Source of the DNA: Porphyridium purpureum
Lineage: Eukaryota
Length of the DNA stretch: 64,000 nt
Reading direction: 5' to 3'
NCBI GenBank assembly: GCA_008690995.1
Contig: VRMN01000012.1
Coordinates: 1 to 64,000, forward strand
Notes under the pieces: generated by a model
Databases searched by the model: none
Told to the model about the DNA's origin: nothing
Seen by the model: only the letters and a program-made list of their open reading frames with translations
Shown here: positions 52,501 through 62,686 of the stretch, piece by piece
Position numbering within the stretch: position 1 is the first letter of the stretch
Layout of the letters: each line of letters opens with the position of its first letter
Program-made: the position numbers and the translations under genes

Positions 52501-53351
52501 AGGAACTCTTTCCGTACTGACGCACTTTCAACGTGATTCAAAGGGATCTCAGCAATCGCTTCGAGCGTCTCGCGCTCGATGACGTCTGGACGTTCCCAGC
52601 GAATGCTTGCAAGCTTCTGTCCTGCACCTATTTTGAGCGGTACTCGCGAAGAGTTCCGAACTCGCCACGAGCTTGGCTTTCGTGCGCTTGATCGCCCACT
52701 CTGCGGAAGCAAGACAGACACAGCTCGTTCCGTGAACGCTGGAATGACGACTTCTTGCGCACAGTGGATAAACGTTCGATCCTTATTTGTATTCGTAAAA
52801 CAAGGAATCCTCTCCCCACCGCGCATCTGCACACACTGTTTCGTCAAATTTATACACTCGGAGTGTCTATGCCAAAATTCCATCCCCACGATGAGCTCTT
52901 CAGCCAGCTCCTCGACGACCAGAACGCGCAGCGGTGTCTCGAGAGCGCCTAGACGCACGAGAACGACTGCTTCTTTTGCTGGACCCATTGTGCTTCCTTG
53001 TGCGTTGTCTACACGAGTCTTAGCTTTTTGCATTTGGGCACCCCAGCTCTCTGCGACTGCACGAGACGCATATGAGTCACCCGTCGCGCCTGTGTCCACC
53101 AGCGCTCGCGTCGGGATCCAACCCACGGTTCCACGCACGTAAAATAAAACAAACGGTCGTCGGTCTACGGACCCACGGACCGAACACAGGACCCGCCTGT
53201 CGAAAATGCGGACCTGCCCACATTCCAAGGACACCGGTAATAAATCTGTCGGGTCTTCCGGTGTCTCACACTTCCCAGCCTGCCCTTCCTGCAGCTGTAC
53301 GAAGCGTGACGACTGCCCTGCGGCAGTCTTTAACCCTTGGTGCGGTGCGGT
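49518..53351 (-). CDS. pol: Pol (PR-RT-RH-IN-chromodomain), in frame with gag after a single TGA
   Basis: LVDTGAT, TDFRNLN, YIDD, TDAS, PDALSR, HHCC, DDE, WVGPY and EFLVAWYG..WTWE. No stop codons between 53351 and 49521. Confidence 0.93.
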   Translation of the reverse strand, partial: TAPHQGLKTAAGQSSRFVQLQEGQAGKCETPEDPTDLLPVSLECGQVRIFDRRVLCSVRGSVDRRPFVLFYVRGTVGWIPTRALVDTGATGDSYASRAVAESWGAQMQKAKTRVDNAQGSTMGPAKEAVVLVRLGALETPLRVLVVEELAEELIVGMEFWHRHSECINLTKQCVQMRGGERIPCFTNTNKDRTFIHCAQEVVIPAFTERAVSVLLPQSGRSSARKPSSWRVRNSSRVPLKIGAGQKLASIRWERPDVIERETLEAIAEIPLNHVESASVRKEFLAVVQKHWRVFRAEAGRARSVQHVIRTEDGASFPAAKLRRRSESERVAEETMVKALLKKGILEPCSGPYASANVLVRKPTGAWRLTTDFRNLNAVTVKDKYPIPLVQECLDWAGRFSLFSTLDLTDGFFQVPLHPESRDLTAMITPLGLFRYCVIAQGMSNSPATFQRLMNTVLGDLRWKNSLIYIDDLIVGTKSKEEHLEILDQVLQRFEEEGLTFSLPKCSFLARSIEFLGHEVEGGKIRPKRRNVEAIRAWEVPANPSEVQRFLGVVGWFRAFVPGFEKIAAPLREALAGLAMSAKKSSRRQAVQCVDWSSRFGKAQREAFERLKTALCDPSVVLYQPIPGAAWVLDTDASTLGVGAALYQRLESSFHPVCFLSRALTPAEKNYPITELECLAVVWAVRKCRHYLYGESICIRSDHEPLKWLLNLKEPRGRLARWALALSDYNFVLEYIKGPSNKVPDALSRQPLPAHEPLQSYDERMARIVTSVANSSEKARELPSKEELKAAYAEDEQIAKEIANLNSQRPEYSEPEYFCDEDGILWAHTKPLRRVVPDALVSRVLGYYHSTSASGHMGVAKTIGRVASGLWWWPGWTADVREFLQSCRFCARRKGSRQQQVPIGRRRPTRRFELVAADLLTISPKTARGFDKVLVVADLFSRFTVAVPVADETARSVADGLLSAWVAPFGPPEALLSDNGPAFRSELLARISQLLGIGKVFTLAHNPKANGVVERYNRTLCGLLAGAMADHDADVGWDVFLPLAVHAYNASRHASLGGLSPYEVMFGRPANDFSQAIVPEEQAPEQEFVAFADQLRGRIKMMHALALAASDRSHAKNFARSAASVSRTSARQLVKVGDAVMLWRGLGTLKGRKLEAPWVGPYELLALEGSRATIRSSSEEFFVHVDRIKRVDTSVELSSDFDADSARRSSVLTEISSLQKRRERDGQVEFLVAWYGAKRADWTWELAEDLPETLVREFEDSFASKGDVLRTRSGRAFR

Positions 53352-54512
53352 TCATGCGGACCCAGGACCAGACGCATCTTTCGTCGGAAACTGCGTACGC
53401 GCACCCACCTGTCTCTCCTTCGCGGCCGCATCCGTGCACTCTCTAGCCCAATGGCCCGGCTGCTTGCACACGAAGCACACGTTGCTCGCCTGAAGCACGC
53501 GCGCTACCGCTTCCGCGATTGCGTTTACGGAATCCGCCGGCGACGGTTGCGACGCTGCTTGCGCGAAGGACTGCTCATCAAAATTTGAAATTTCGCGGTA
53601 TTCATCCTCTTCGATGGCGCGAACTACTTGTGCCCGCGCGCCGCCGTAGGTCGGCTTCAAATAAGTTGAGAATTCGAGTTTCTCTCCGTAGTTTGAAATG
53701 AGCTCGTGAAGGAGACCTTCATACTCTTGCTGGTTCGCATGCAAACGTGCCATCTCCCGATACTTTTTAGGGAGTCCTTCGACGAAGTCTACCTTTAAGT
53801 CGGTGTCAGGTATCTGTAAAGCAGCGGCAAGATTTCGCAAGTCCGTGTGGTACGAAGTGAGTGTTTCATCCCGCTTCAGCTTGCGACCACGATACTCCAC
53901 CCGAACGGAGTCCTGCGTTGCCTGCGACCAGAAACGTTGTCCGGCCCAGTTCCACCGCTCATCCGCGCTAGCATCGACCCGAAGGGTTCCATTCAATAGC
54001 GCGGCGTTAAACATATGTTCGGCAGCGCCACTAAACGCGTAGACGACTACCTCTCGGACCCATCTTGGCGGAAAACCTTCGACACAACGCTCCCATTTGG
54101 TCAGCGTATTCATGAACTTTAAATCACGTGGACCCGTGATCTCGTTGCCCTTCATGGCATCACGCACGGTTTTCTCGAACCGAGATCTTTCAAACAAGTC
54201 CTTCAAACGAGTGCTCTCGTTGGACGAGCCACTAGCTTGTCCTACGCTCGTTCTCTGAGCATAAGGATCCCTGTCAAGCAGTTGCGGCGGCGGCGATGTT
54301 TCTGCTAATCGCGCAGATACCGCTGCCGTGCCCAAGACTTCCTCTAACATGGACTTCAAGGAGTCCTTCAACTGGGAGAGCTGCTCCTCGACGCGCTCTT
54401 CCATCCCTGTGACCTTTTGTCGCAAGTCGTCAACATCTTTGCTGACCGACGATGCTGTTGGCCTGAACGCCTTCGCGGCCGAGCCCAACCCTAAAGGTTC
54501 TTGATCCGCCAT
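53352..54512 (-). CDS. gag: Gag with CCHC knuckle
   Basis: ATG (MADQEP) at 54512; DFVEGLP and CFVCKQPGHWAREC; ends in TGA. Confidence 0.92.
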   Translation of the reverse strand: MADQEPLGLGSAAKAFRPTASSVSKDVDDLRQKVTGMEERVEEQLSQLKDSLKSMLEEVLGTAAVSARLAETSPPPQLLDRDPYAQRTSVGQASGSSNESTRLKDLFERSRFEKTVRDAMKGNEITGPRDLKFMNTLTKWERCVEGFPPRWVREVVVYAFSGAAEHMFNAALLNGTLRVDASADERWNWAGQRFWSQATQDSVRVEYRGRKLKRDETLTSYHTDLRNLAAALQIPDTDLKVDFVEGLPKKYREMARLHANQQEYEGLLHELISNYGEKLEFSTYLKPTYGGARAQVVRAIEEDEYREISNFDEQSFAQAASQPSPADSVNAIAEAVARVLQASNVCFVCKQPGHWARECTDAAAKERQVGARTQFPTKDASGPGSA

Positions 54513-54598
54513 CGCGTCCCAGACGTGAAAACGGCAAAAAAGTAAAATCAACACAACTTTGAGTCCCAGACCCTCTACTACGATGCAAATGTCAAAAG

Positions 54599-54885
54599 GT
54601 GTCAGATCCCGGATCTACGCCCACCTACTCTGCCTTCTTACTCGGCAGAGATTTCTTGTACGAAAAACGAACAAAATCACACACGAAGCACGAAGCAACG
54701 AGTGTTGAACGAACGTCTCACGCAAACCCCGTGTCCGAGCCCGGCTCACCACACGCCCTGGTTTGTAGCTAGTGCTTAAAACAAAGGATTCCCAGATGCA
54801 CAGTGTCAGGTCCCAGACCTACGCCCACTGATAGAAACAAGGTTTCCACAGGCTTCAAGGTGTCAGGTCCCAGACCTACGCCCAC
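54599..54885. repeat. Three 26-bp direct repeats (GTGTCAGGTCCCAGACCTACGCCCAC) in the family B leader
   Basis: Exact copies at 54803-54828 and 54860-54885; a 3-mismatch copy at 54599-54624. Confidence 0.92.
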
Positions 54886-54951
54886 CTCTCCCGCCCCACT
54901 CGATCTACAACCGCAACATAAACCGCCGCCCCTGTGACAATTCGCGAATTG

Positions 54952-55262
54952 TGCCACGATTTGGGGGGTTACCCCAATCGTCCGCTCGTGTCCCAGACCC
55001 CAAGCGTTCAAAACCAACGTCTTTTACTCTCTCTCCTCTCCTCTCCTCTCCTCTCTTTCTCCAATCCCCGCCGTGAAGCGGCAGAGCTTAAATACCCTAC
55101 AACTAGACCCTAAAGCTAACCGGACCGCCCAGTTATTTTGGGGGCCGATGCACTGTACCGAGTGGTACAGTGCCCATTAGAATAGACTTTAGACTGTAAC
55201 AAAAAAGATTAAAGAGGCGATTAGAAAAAGCTGCAGGTGGACAAAAGGGGTGGATCGTTACA
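54952..55262 (-). repeat. 5' LTR of family B
   Basis: 311 bp; TATTTAA box on the - strand. Confidence 0.97.
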
Positions 55263-55266
55263 AACC

Positions 55267-56186
55267 CGTTCCCAGTGACCCAAGAAGAACATCTACGATC
55301 TACTCAATGTTCCAAACGGAATCTCAATCATCTCTTTCACCTCTAATCTTCTATTGTGATCACCGCTTCGCATCGACAATTTGTGCCTCATTCTTAGTTG
55401 TCCTCTGCGACCGAATATAACTCGCCAAAGCGGAAATAAAGGCGGAGTACAGGCTATAGCAATAACCTCTTGCGCTGATATAGGCTCATACTTTAACATG
55501 CAGTGTACAAGGTTGAATAGAGGGTATACGACGGTAAACAAGCTCTGGCACTGTACGAAAAGCCTTGCGAAGCAGCAACGAGACCGAAGTTTGGGAGTGG
55601 GTTGAGTCGAGAAAGGCTGAGTTGAATAAAATCGGGGGCGAGCGCATGTCAGTCATTGGAAGCGCAAAGGCTTCGTTTACAATAGATTGAGTCCTATACC
55701 TGGAAAGTCAAAGTTACTGAAAGGTTACCGTGCACTTTGTCCTTAAAATTAAACCCACGTTCGCAGACATAGTGCATTGTGTTTTATATGGGTTGTATGT
55801 ACATTAAGCGTGCAGAGTACATATTGCGAGGGTTATCGGTAGCAGCGAATCTCATAGTATTCCTCTTAGAAGATGTTATATTAATGAATACATTAGAAGT
55901 GGCCATCGCATCATGAGGGTGTCTGGGCTACATTATCCGGCGTTCCTTCGTCTTGATAGTCTGTTGTGCAATCCGTAGCGAGCTTTAATCTAGGAGGGTT
56001 GTTTTTATTACCCGCTTCTCTGTGTGGCGTTGATGACCGACAAGCAGAGCGCCCCCGTGAACTCTTCTACCCCGATGCCCTCCAACTGACGGCCCGGTCG
56101 CAGAGCCCGGACGAGAGGCAGCTTTGTTGTGGTCGTCCGTGCTCACTGCAGCTTAAAACCTAGGTGTGAATTGGTACGAACAACAC
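55267..56186 (-). mobile_element. Decayed RLE-type non-LTR retrotransposon remnant (thumb to endonuclease region)
   Basis: QLEGIGVE...LCLSVIN is homologous to 27630-27800. IEIPFG endonuclease-like motif. Continues across the family B insertion. Confidence 0.5.
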
Positions 56187-56404
56187 TTACTGATTCTCTC
56201 TTTCACAAAGCAAGAGGACAACAAACCTCCAGAAGGGACAGAGGCAACAAAATATTGGGCTGTATGAAACCCTGCTACTAGTCATGTAGTAGGGAAAACC
56301 TTACCCAACCAACAGAGTGAACATTCAAGAAGCAAAAGCAAATGGAGCCAATGACATCAGATGTCTTTGTCAACCGTCGGTCAGGGCAGTCACTGAGTTG
56401 ATAA

Positions 56405-59400
56405 TTAACAATGAATATCCAGCCACTCTGCCACCTTTGGGTGGTAAATCTCATTTTCCAGCCGCTTGATCAGCTCTGTACTCCCCATTTCTTTCGTGAG
56501 TGCATCTGCTGGGTTGTTTCTCGACCTCACGAGCCTAACCCGGGAAACTGCGGACTCGTTCATCGCTAGCCGCAGAATTGCGACAGACGTTTGGATGCTT
56601 TTTTGTGTGCAAATAGTCTTGCGACCCGGTGGGTCAAAAGTGCATAGGTTGTCCGTATTTAGCGCTACTGCCGAATTAATGCCTGTGAGCTTCACCCACA
56701 TTTTTCGCACGTCAATTACATGATCAAATACACCGACCAGTACGAGCGTTTTTACCGCAAACGTGGACTTAACCGCTGTCTGGACTTTCTAGACCACCAA
56801 AAGATCATGTTATGATGGCCCATATCGTCCGCAACAGCGTAAATGTGTCCCACTTGCAAGCTGGGATTGACATGGTTAGCGTACGATACATGTGAAAATA
56901 CCATAATAGTTGGCGTACTCTGCAGTCGCCAGTACTTTATTTGAAGCACCTCAGCCAAAACTTTCTTCAAATCGTTCATCTTCACCAGAAGCTCTAATTT
57001 GCTGAACGGCTTTTCGGTACATTGCGAAAGCTGTGCCGCAAAGAGTGCCAAATCGGGCCGCACATTCGAAGCCACAACATTTACCCGCGAAGTTTGCGCC
57101 AAACCTCGAAAGAATCAACGTGTTTGAAAAATTTTTAAACGTCATAATTTTGGTCGGTGACCACCGTGTCGTTTCCGACACACAGGTGAGTACCATTGTA
57201 TAGAAAGTCGTCTTCCTGAGCTTTGTGCAAATGCAAGTGCTCACAAATGGTTTCTTCGCCTTGAGAAACTTCAAATTCCGACTAAGAGTAGATCGTCCAC
57301 TTGAGCGTTGATGGGTACAAAGCAGTCTGGGTCGATGAACATGCAGGGGTCCACAGTGCACATGCGTAGGTCTACCTTATTCGTCAGTAGGCTCGTCAGT
57401 TTTTCATAACAAATGAACGGTGCGTCAATAAGTCCATACGCTGCTCGCTGACGAAGCCAGAGAGAACCCTACTTGCAATCAGCTTCATCGTGAAGCTGGA
57501 CTAGAACTCGCCTCCTCAAAGATTTGGATGACAAGAAAGCCTGTTCAACATCAGCGCTGACGACTTACCATTTTCGCAAAAGCGCCGGGCTCAAGATGAC
57601 TCGCATTGTCCAGCGACCTGTGGTCGGTGAGCCTCGAAGCACGCCCCCGCGCACAAAATTTGCGAACTAACGAAATGCTAAGCGCGACTTTGGAATCGGA
57701 GCACTTTCCAGGCCCTGATTTTCCTTGTCAACTCAGCGCGTGTCCAGGTCTGGGCGTTCATTGTTACGAATTTCATTGATAATCCCCTTCATACACCAAC
57801 CAACGATTTTCTTTCTACGGTACTTAGCAAAATCCGGTTTCCGAAAACCTGGATTTTCGCCAGATTGCAAAAATTGAACATTGTCGGCCGCAATCAGCTC
57901 ATCCGAGTAATTGAACGAATCAGAAACCCAAAGTACGAGGTTTTCGTGATATGGCTTGACATGGTGAAGAGCAGGATGGTGCACTCTGAATGGACCTGGC
58001 AACTTGCATTGTCTTAGCACCCAGATTCAATGCTTGCATAATGGTAGGCCCGGACCACCGTTTCAAAGCCGGACGCCAGAGCAATACACGGACTTCAAGT
58101 GAGAGCAGCGCTAGATTTGTATTCGAATAGCGGGTACCGACGGCATTCCCAACACGGCTTGTGGCAAAAATTCCTCAAACAGCCGACACGCCATTTCCAT
58201 GGCCGCGTGCCTTTCCCTTGTGGCTGTGTGTGGTGCACGCACAGTTCCGATGGGAAACAGCGGCAACTACCCGAAGACAAGAAAGAACGGGCACGCGTCT
58301 TGAAATCCGAGCGTACATTTTGAAGCAAACTTATCTTGCGCCAATAGCGCAATACGATCTTTCTCAGGGAAAGAAAGCTGCAGCCGAAAGAAGACGGTTT
58401 TCGGCGGCTTGTTGTGTTATTCTACGATTCCTGCGGACCACGCGGCCGCGGTGGTGGCTATGTGAAGTCGAATTTCAAGTAATTCACACAAGTTCTTCAG
58501 AGCTACGTTGACACTTTCAGTACCTCGATCGATGGTGAGCGTTGTCGGGACTCCAAAAAGGGTAGTTTACGAAACATAACGAGTATTCATGAGTGTTGTA
58601 GAGTCAAACTTTGCGAGCACTGGATTTCGCGCAGACTTGGTGCCCTGCATACAATGGGCAAAACCGCCATTCCATCGAAAAAGACTGTGTCAATAGAATG
58701 TGACGATTGAATATGGCGTCGACTGACGTGGCCACGACAGGTCGACGCGGAATGTGAGAATAAAAATGACATGCCTAGCATGCTCGCATGATGTTTTCAA
58801 ATTGTCACGTTTCCGTCATCGCTATCCATTGTCCTCTCTTGCGAGGCAAAGTTTGCACTTTTTCGAGCGGTGCATGCTCAAAATGAAAGTGCAGACGATT
58901 GAGTTCTCTTTGGTTAAAAAAATCGTTGCGGTACGATGCGTGTCAGCGTCGTGATCTGCACGGCCTATAGCTTGCCTTTCCTTGGATCTTGGCAATGGAA
59001 TGCGTTGGTGTCCATTGATCGTGTGCTACACGAATACGAAATAGACGGATGTTATCGTACTATCTCGTCCATTCAGAACCAAGCCATGCTCCGTTTGCAT
59101 TGTCCGGCGTACTAATGGAGGCAGGTCGAAATCCAAAACGACATGATCGATGTACAGGACATTGTGATGCTGGTCAGGAATCAGAATGCGTACGATGCCG
59201 AAAGTGGTATGGCAGTTCGTGCAAAAGCGCATGCACCGCTTCGCTGCTGCACGGGCAGGCAGATTGCGAGCTTGGCAAAATCGTGAGCCGGCACCAATAC
59301 CTCCACTCTCGCCGCTATCAACAATGACGAACGGAACAGTGCTGAAAAGGACGACTGATGAGGATAACTAAATGTCTTATTGCTTTGGTTCCATAAGAGC

Positions 59401-59900
59401 CTGAAGTTTGATTACGGCATCATGTGGCAAAATCATTTGACTCCACGCCTTTGACCAGGTAGTGCCTGTTCTGCCGATACCATGCGTCTCTGTTGCCTTT
59501 TTCCGAACATGGTGCGCTCAGATGGTACGGAGAATGACAGATGTCACAATGGATGGTTGATTCCACTTGGCATGCCTTGATCGAGCTCACCACCGGCTAT
59601 TTGTGCACGGCTTGATCCACATCCCTCATTTTATTGATAGGAAACTTGTGCGAGCTTATCGCCACGGCGGTGGCAATGACCACGCATTTTGCTTTGCCGC
59701 CGAACACGCTGTTGACATAGGATATAATCTGAGTTTTTGTCCTGCCTTTGTAAGGTGTCTTGCTCATTTCTGTCCTGCGGCTGCATGCTTGCTCCTGGAG
59801 TGTAGCTGAGTCTAGCAAATGACAAGCGCAAAAATTCCATTTCGGCCGCGACCGACGGAATCAAGGCAGAGATTCGAGTACGCATAACATTTGGTGTTTC
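56405..59900 (-). mobile_element. Heavily decayed Ty1/Copia pol (upstream boundary approximate)
   Basis: KSRLAFR (about 57680), SADVEQAFL (57532-57558), AAYGLIDAP (about 57430), QVDDLL (about 57290), RPDLALFAAQLSQ, WWSRKS and RNase H NPADALTK, in Copia order with many stops and frameshifts. Confidence 0.85.
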
Positions 59901-61037
59901 TGACGGCGCACTTGTTACCAGTCTCTAGTAGAGAAAATGATTCTGCGTTGACGACTCGAGCTGATCAATCAAAAGATCCTAGCCAGGGAATTGACCGTCG
60001 ACATTGCTTTGCAGTCGTTCCAAACGCTTCGCGAAGTCGTTGAAGTTTTTTTTATTTGAAACACCGGGATGATTACGGCTCCACTGGACAAAACTTGCAG
60101 TTTCCCATTCTCTCTTCAAAGTTTCCCGGTGCTCTTTTGTCATGAACTCTGCCCAAAGTTCGGCAAAAACATCTCAAATCGGATATTGCACCTCTGCCGG
60201 AAGATCTTTTCCGACAAACATTTAGAGAATGAAAGACAGAGCGCCTCCCGTGAGGTTGGTTTGCATCACCGTGCTTAAATAGTCCGTGTTGAGACCGGCA
60301 AGGTTCAAGTTGCTCCGAAGCTGTAGGGACGAACCTCGGAAGATTTGTTTATTAGTACCGTCATGCTTGCTTTCGTGTGCCTTGTAGAATATGGTAAGCG
60401 TGTTCAACGCACTCCGCACGTACATGGCGCTTCCTCAAGCAGGCTCCGGATCAGGCGTATACGGCCGGACTGGACCAGCACGAAGGGGTTCTCTTGGTTG
60501 CCCGCTTGAGCGACATGCATCCCACCTACGAAAAGCGATGGACGGCGTAGAGCCGTATGCATAGCGCGCTGCCCCTCCGACAAAGGGAGCCCCGATGAAT
60601 AGCTTCCATCTGTCCATCCTGTGGAGTTCGTGGAGGAGAACCAGCGTGACGTGCGCCAACAAGCACTTCATCAAGTGATGAACGTGCTCTCAAAAACCTG
60701 GCCGCCGGCGGAGCGACGACGTCAAGCTCGTTTCCTGTCCACATCGGGAGCAAATGCTACTCCACAGGGACTTGACGCTAATCCTTGCTTCTGAGCTCCA
60801 CGGGAACATGGATACCCTTTGCTTTTATCCACGAGCACAGGTTAAATTGTAGAGTCGGTTCCAGCCAAGCGACAAGATCCCTGGCGAAGACTGCGCGAAG
60901 ATTTTCTTCAAGCTGCTTGGTATAGCGATTCACTTGACGACAGTGAGTAAGTCCATGGACGCGTGGCACGAGCGCAGGTACCTGCACTGCTGATATCTGG
61001 AACTCAAGAGCATAAATGCTCTTCGCGCAAACGCACG

Positions 61038-61667
61038 ATGACCGGAGTCAGGCGGACAGAGCGCGGACGCGTCGATGATGAAGGATCTCTAGTTGTATTC
61101 GTAATGGATTCCTTCGAGCATTTCGTCAGCGGTACTGCAAAGACTGTTGGACTGGATTATTGCGCTGCGTCTTTGATCGTTGCTTGCAAATTTGAACAGC
61201 AGGCATGGTGGCCTTCACTTGTGTATCTGGACGCTCGTCAAAGTCCTGTCGGCGTGAAGCTGTTGGGTGCGCGGAACCGCGCATATGCGCGCTGTCAGTT
61301 TTCGTCCGTTGCCGTACGAGACTTCCCCAGTGTCAGCAATGAGTGCGGTACTGTGCGCGTGACGCCATAAAACACGCTTCCTTTGGAGGTTTTTTTGGAG
61401 TACTCTGACGCCACTCGACGAAGCCAGGTCATTCAGAAGGTTCCCGTCGCTAGGCGTGCGCGTTTTTATGATGCATTAGAGATCGTGTGGCCAGAATTGC
61501 CTATCAGATCTACTGACGTGCATCAACGCGCAAACATTAAAAAACATGTGACGAACACAGTGTTTGTTGATTCTGCGAAAGTAGATCTGCAGAAGGGTAC
61601 AGAACAGCGAGCACACGAGCTTCAAGTTCATCTAATCCAGTTTTCTTCGTCTTTAAATGAGCACTAA
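61038..61667 (+). pseudogene. Possible cyclin-box-like remnant with one in-frame stop
   Basis: Two ORFs in the same frame separated by TAA at 61368-61370. AASLIVACKFE resembles the cyclin-box helix ending in K[FY]E. Confidence 0.3.
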
Positions 61668-61771
61668 ATGGGCACCCGTGCGAATACTTTACTAAGTTCA
61701 CGTTGTCGTACAACTGGGACGCTTTATTTACCGTCCTCACTACTGTGATGTCTGTATTTAGCGCGTGCGCG

Positions 61772-62686
61772 TCATTCCTCTTGCGTGGTGCTTGAGACAG
61801 CAGCTTGGACGCAATCCACTGGCTCATCCACATTGTCCGCGATGGCTTGCGTACGCAGAGATGGTCGCATACGCCTCGGTACAGGTGCCTGTGGGTGACC
61901 ATGTGACGAGGTCGCAACGCTGACTTCTTGATGATACCATGCATATTCACCTCCCTCCAAGCGATGTACGGGAACCCGACGCTGCTTCACGAACTTGCAC
62001 TTGACTACGTGATCAACGCCGCCGTATTTTTGTAGGCACGTAGGAGCCGCGTACGCGTCGAATTCAAAGGCCGGCGGATCATCCCAGCGATACTTTCTTT
62101 GGCCGTTCGGCAAAACGATTGCGTCTGTATCCCTCTTGAATAACTTGCAAGCTGTCCACTGGTGCTGTAACTGGCACCATGCCAACCACATGCGCTCGTC
62201 CATTTCGGGTGCCCGCAACGGTCCTTTTTCAGCGTACAACGTGTGCTCGAAGAGCGTCACCGAAAGGCCGGCGCATTCTCGTGCGAGTTCCCAAAACTCG
62301 TAGGCGTACACCAACCTCTTGTACTCAATATCGCTCATATTTATGACGCTGTTGTCGCCGAACGGCTTCTCATTGAGCTTTCTGCCGTGATACTGGGGGT
62401 ACCCCTCGGTGCTGCGATTTGGGGCTTGCAAGCGAGCAATGTCGTACCCAGAAATCTTGTCCAATATATCTCTGAAGCGCACTCGCCACATTTGTCGTGC
62501 AACGTCTCTATCCTCGTACGAGATCAACTTCTCGTCACTTTCAGTCAAGCGAAAGAAACCACGCACCGCCGGCATGGAGTAAGCGCGTACGCGAGGCAGA
62601 AAGGACCCGACCAAATCTCGGTTCCATGTTCCGTACAGCGCTCGCTTCAAACCCGCGTCAGAATCGCTCCCACCCTCGCTACACAT
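61772..62686 (-). CDS. Orphan hypothetical protein (about 304 aa)
   Basis: Intact ORF with globular, protein-like composition; no motif recognised. Confidence 0.45.
   Translation of the reverse strand: MCSEGGSDSDAGLKRALYGTWNRDLVGSFLPRVRAYSMPAVRGFFRLTESDEKLISYEDRDVARQMWRVRFRDILDKISGYDIARLQAPNRSTEGYPQYHGRKLNEKPFGDNSVINMSDIEYKRLVYAYEFWELARECAGLSVTLFEHTLYAEKGPLRAPEMDERMWLAWCQLQHQWTACKLFKRDTDAIVLPNGQRKYRWDDPPAFEFDAYAAPTCLQKYGGVDHVVKCKFVKQRRVPVHRLEGGEYAWYHQEVSVATSSHGHPQAPVPRRMRPSLRTQAIADNVDEPVDCVQAAVSSTTQEE

Larger units (their letters stand above)
48313..55262 (-). mobile_element. Chromodomain-bearing Ty3/Gypsy retrotransposon, family B, full length (6950 bp)
   Basis: Apparently identical 311-bp LTRs at 48313-48623 and 54952-55262. 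4-bp TSD AACC at 48309-48312 and 55263-55266. Order gag-PR-RT-RH-IN-chromodomain. Confidence 0.97.

Noticed and set aside
53352..53354. Selenocysteine recoding of the gag/pol UGA
   Set aside because: No SECIS recognised, and the position is a disordered linker rather than a redox site.
54599..54885. 26-bp repeats with a 31-bp spacer looking like a mini CRISPR array
   Set aside because: Only three copies with irregular spacing, inside a eukaryotic retrotransposon leader, and no cas genes.
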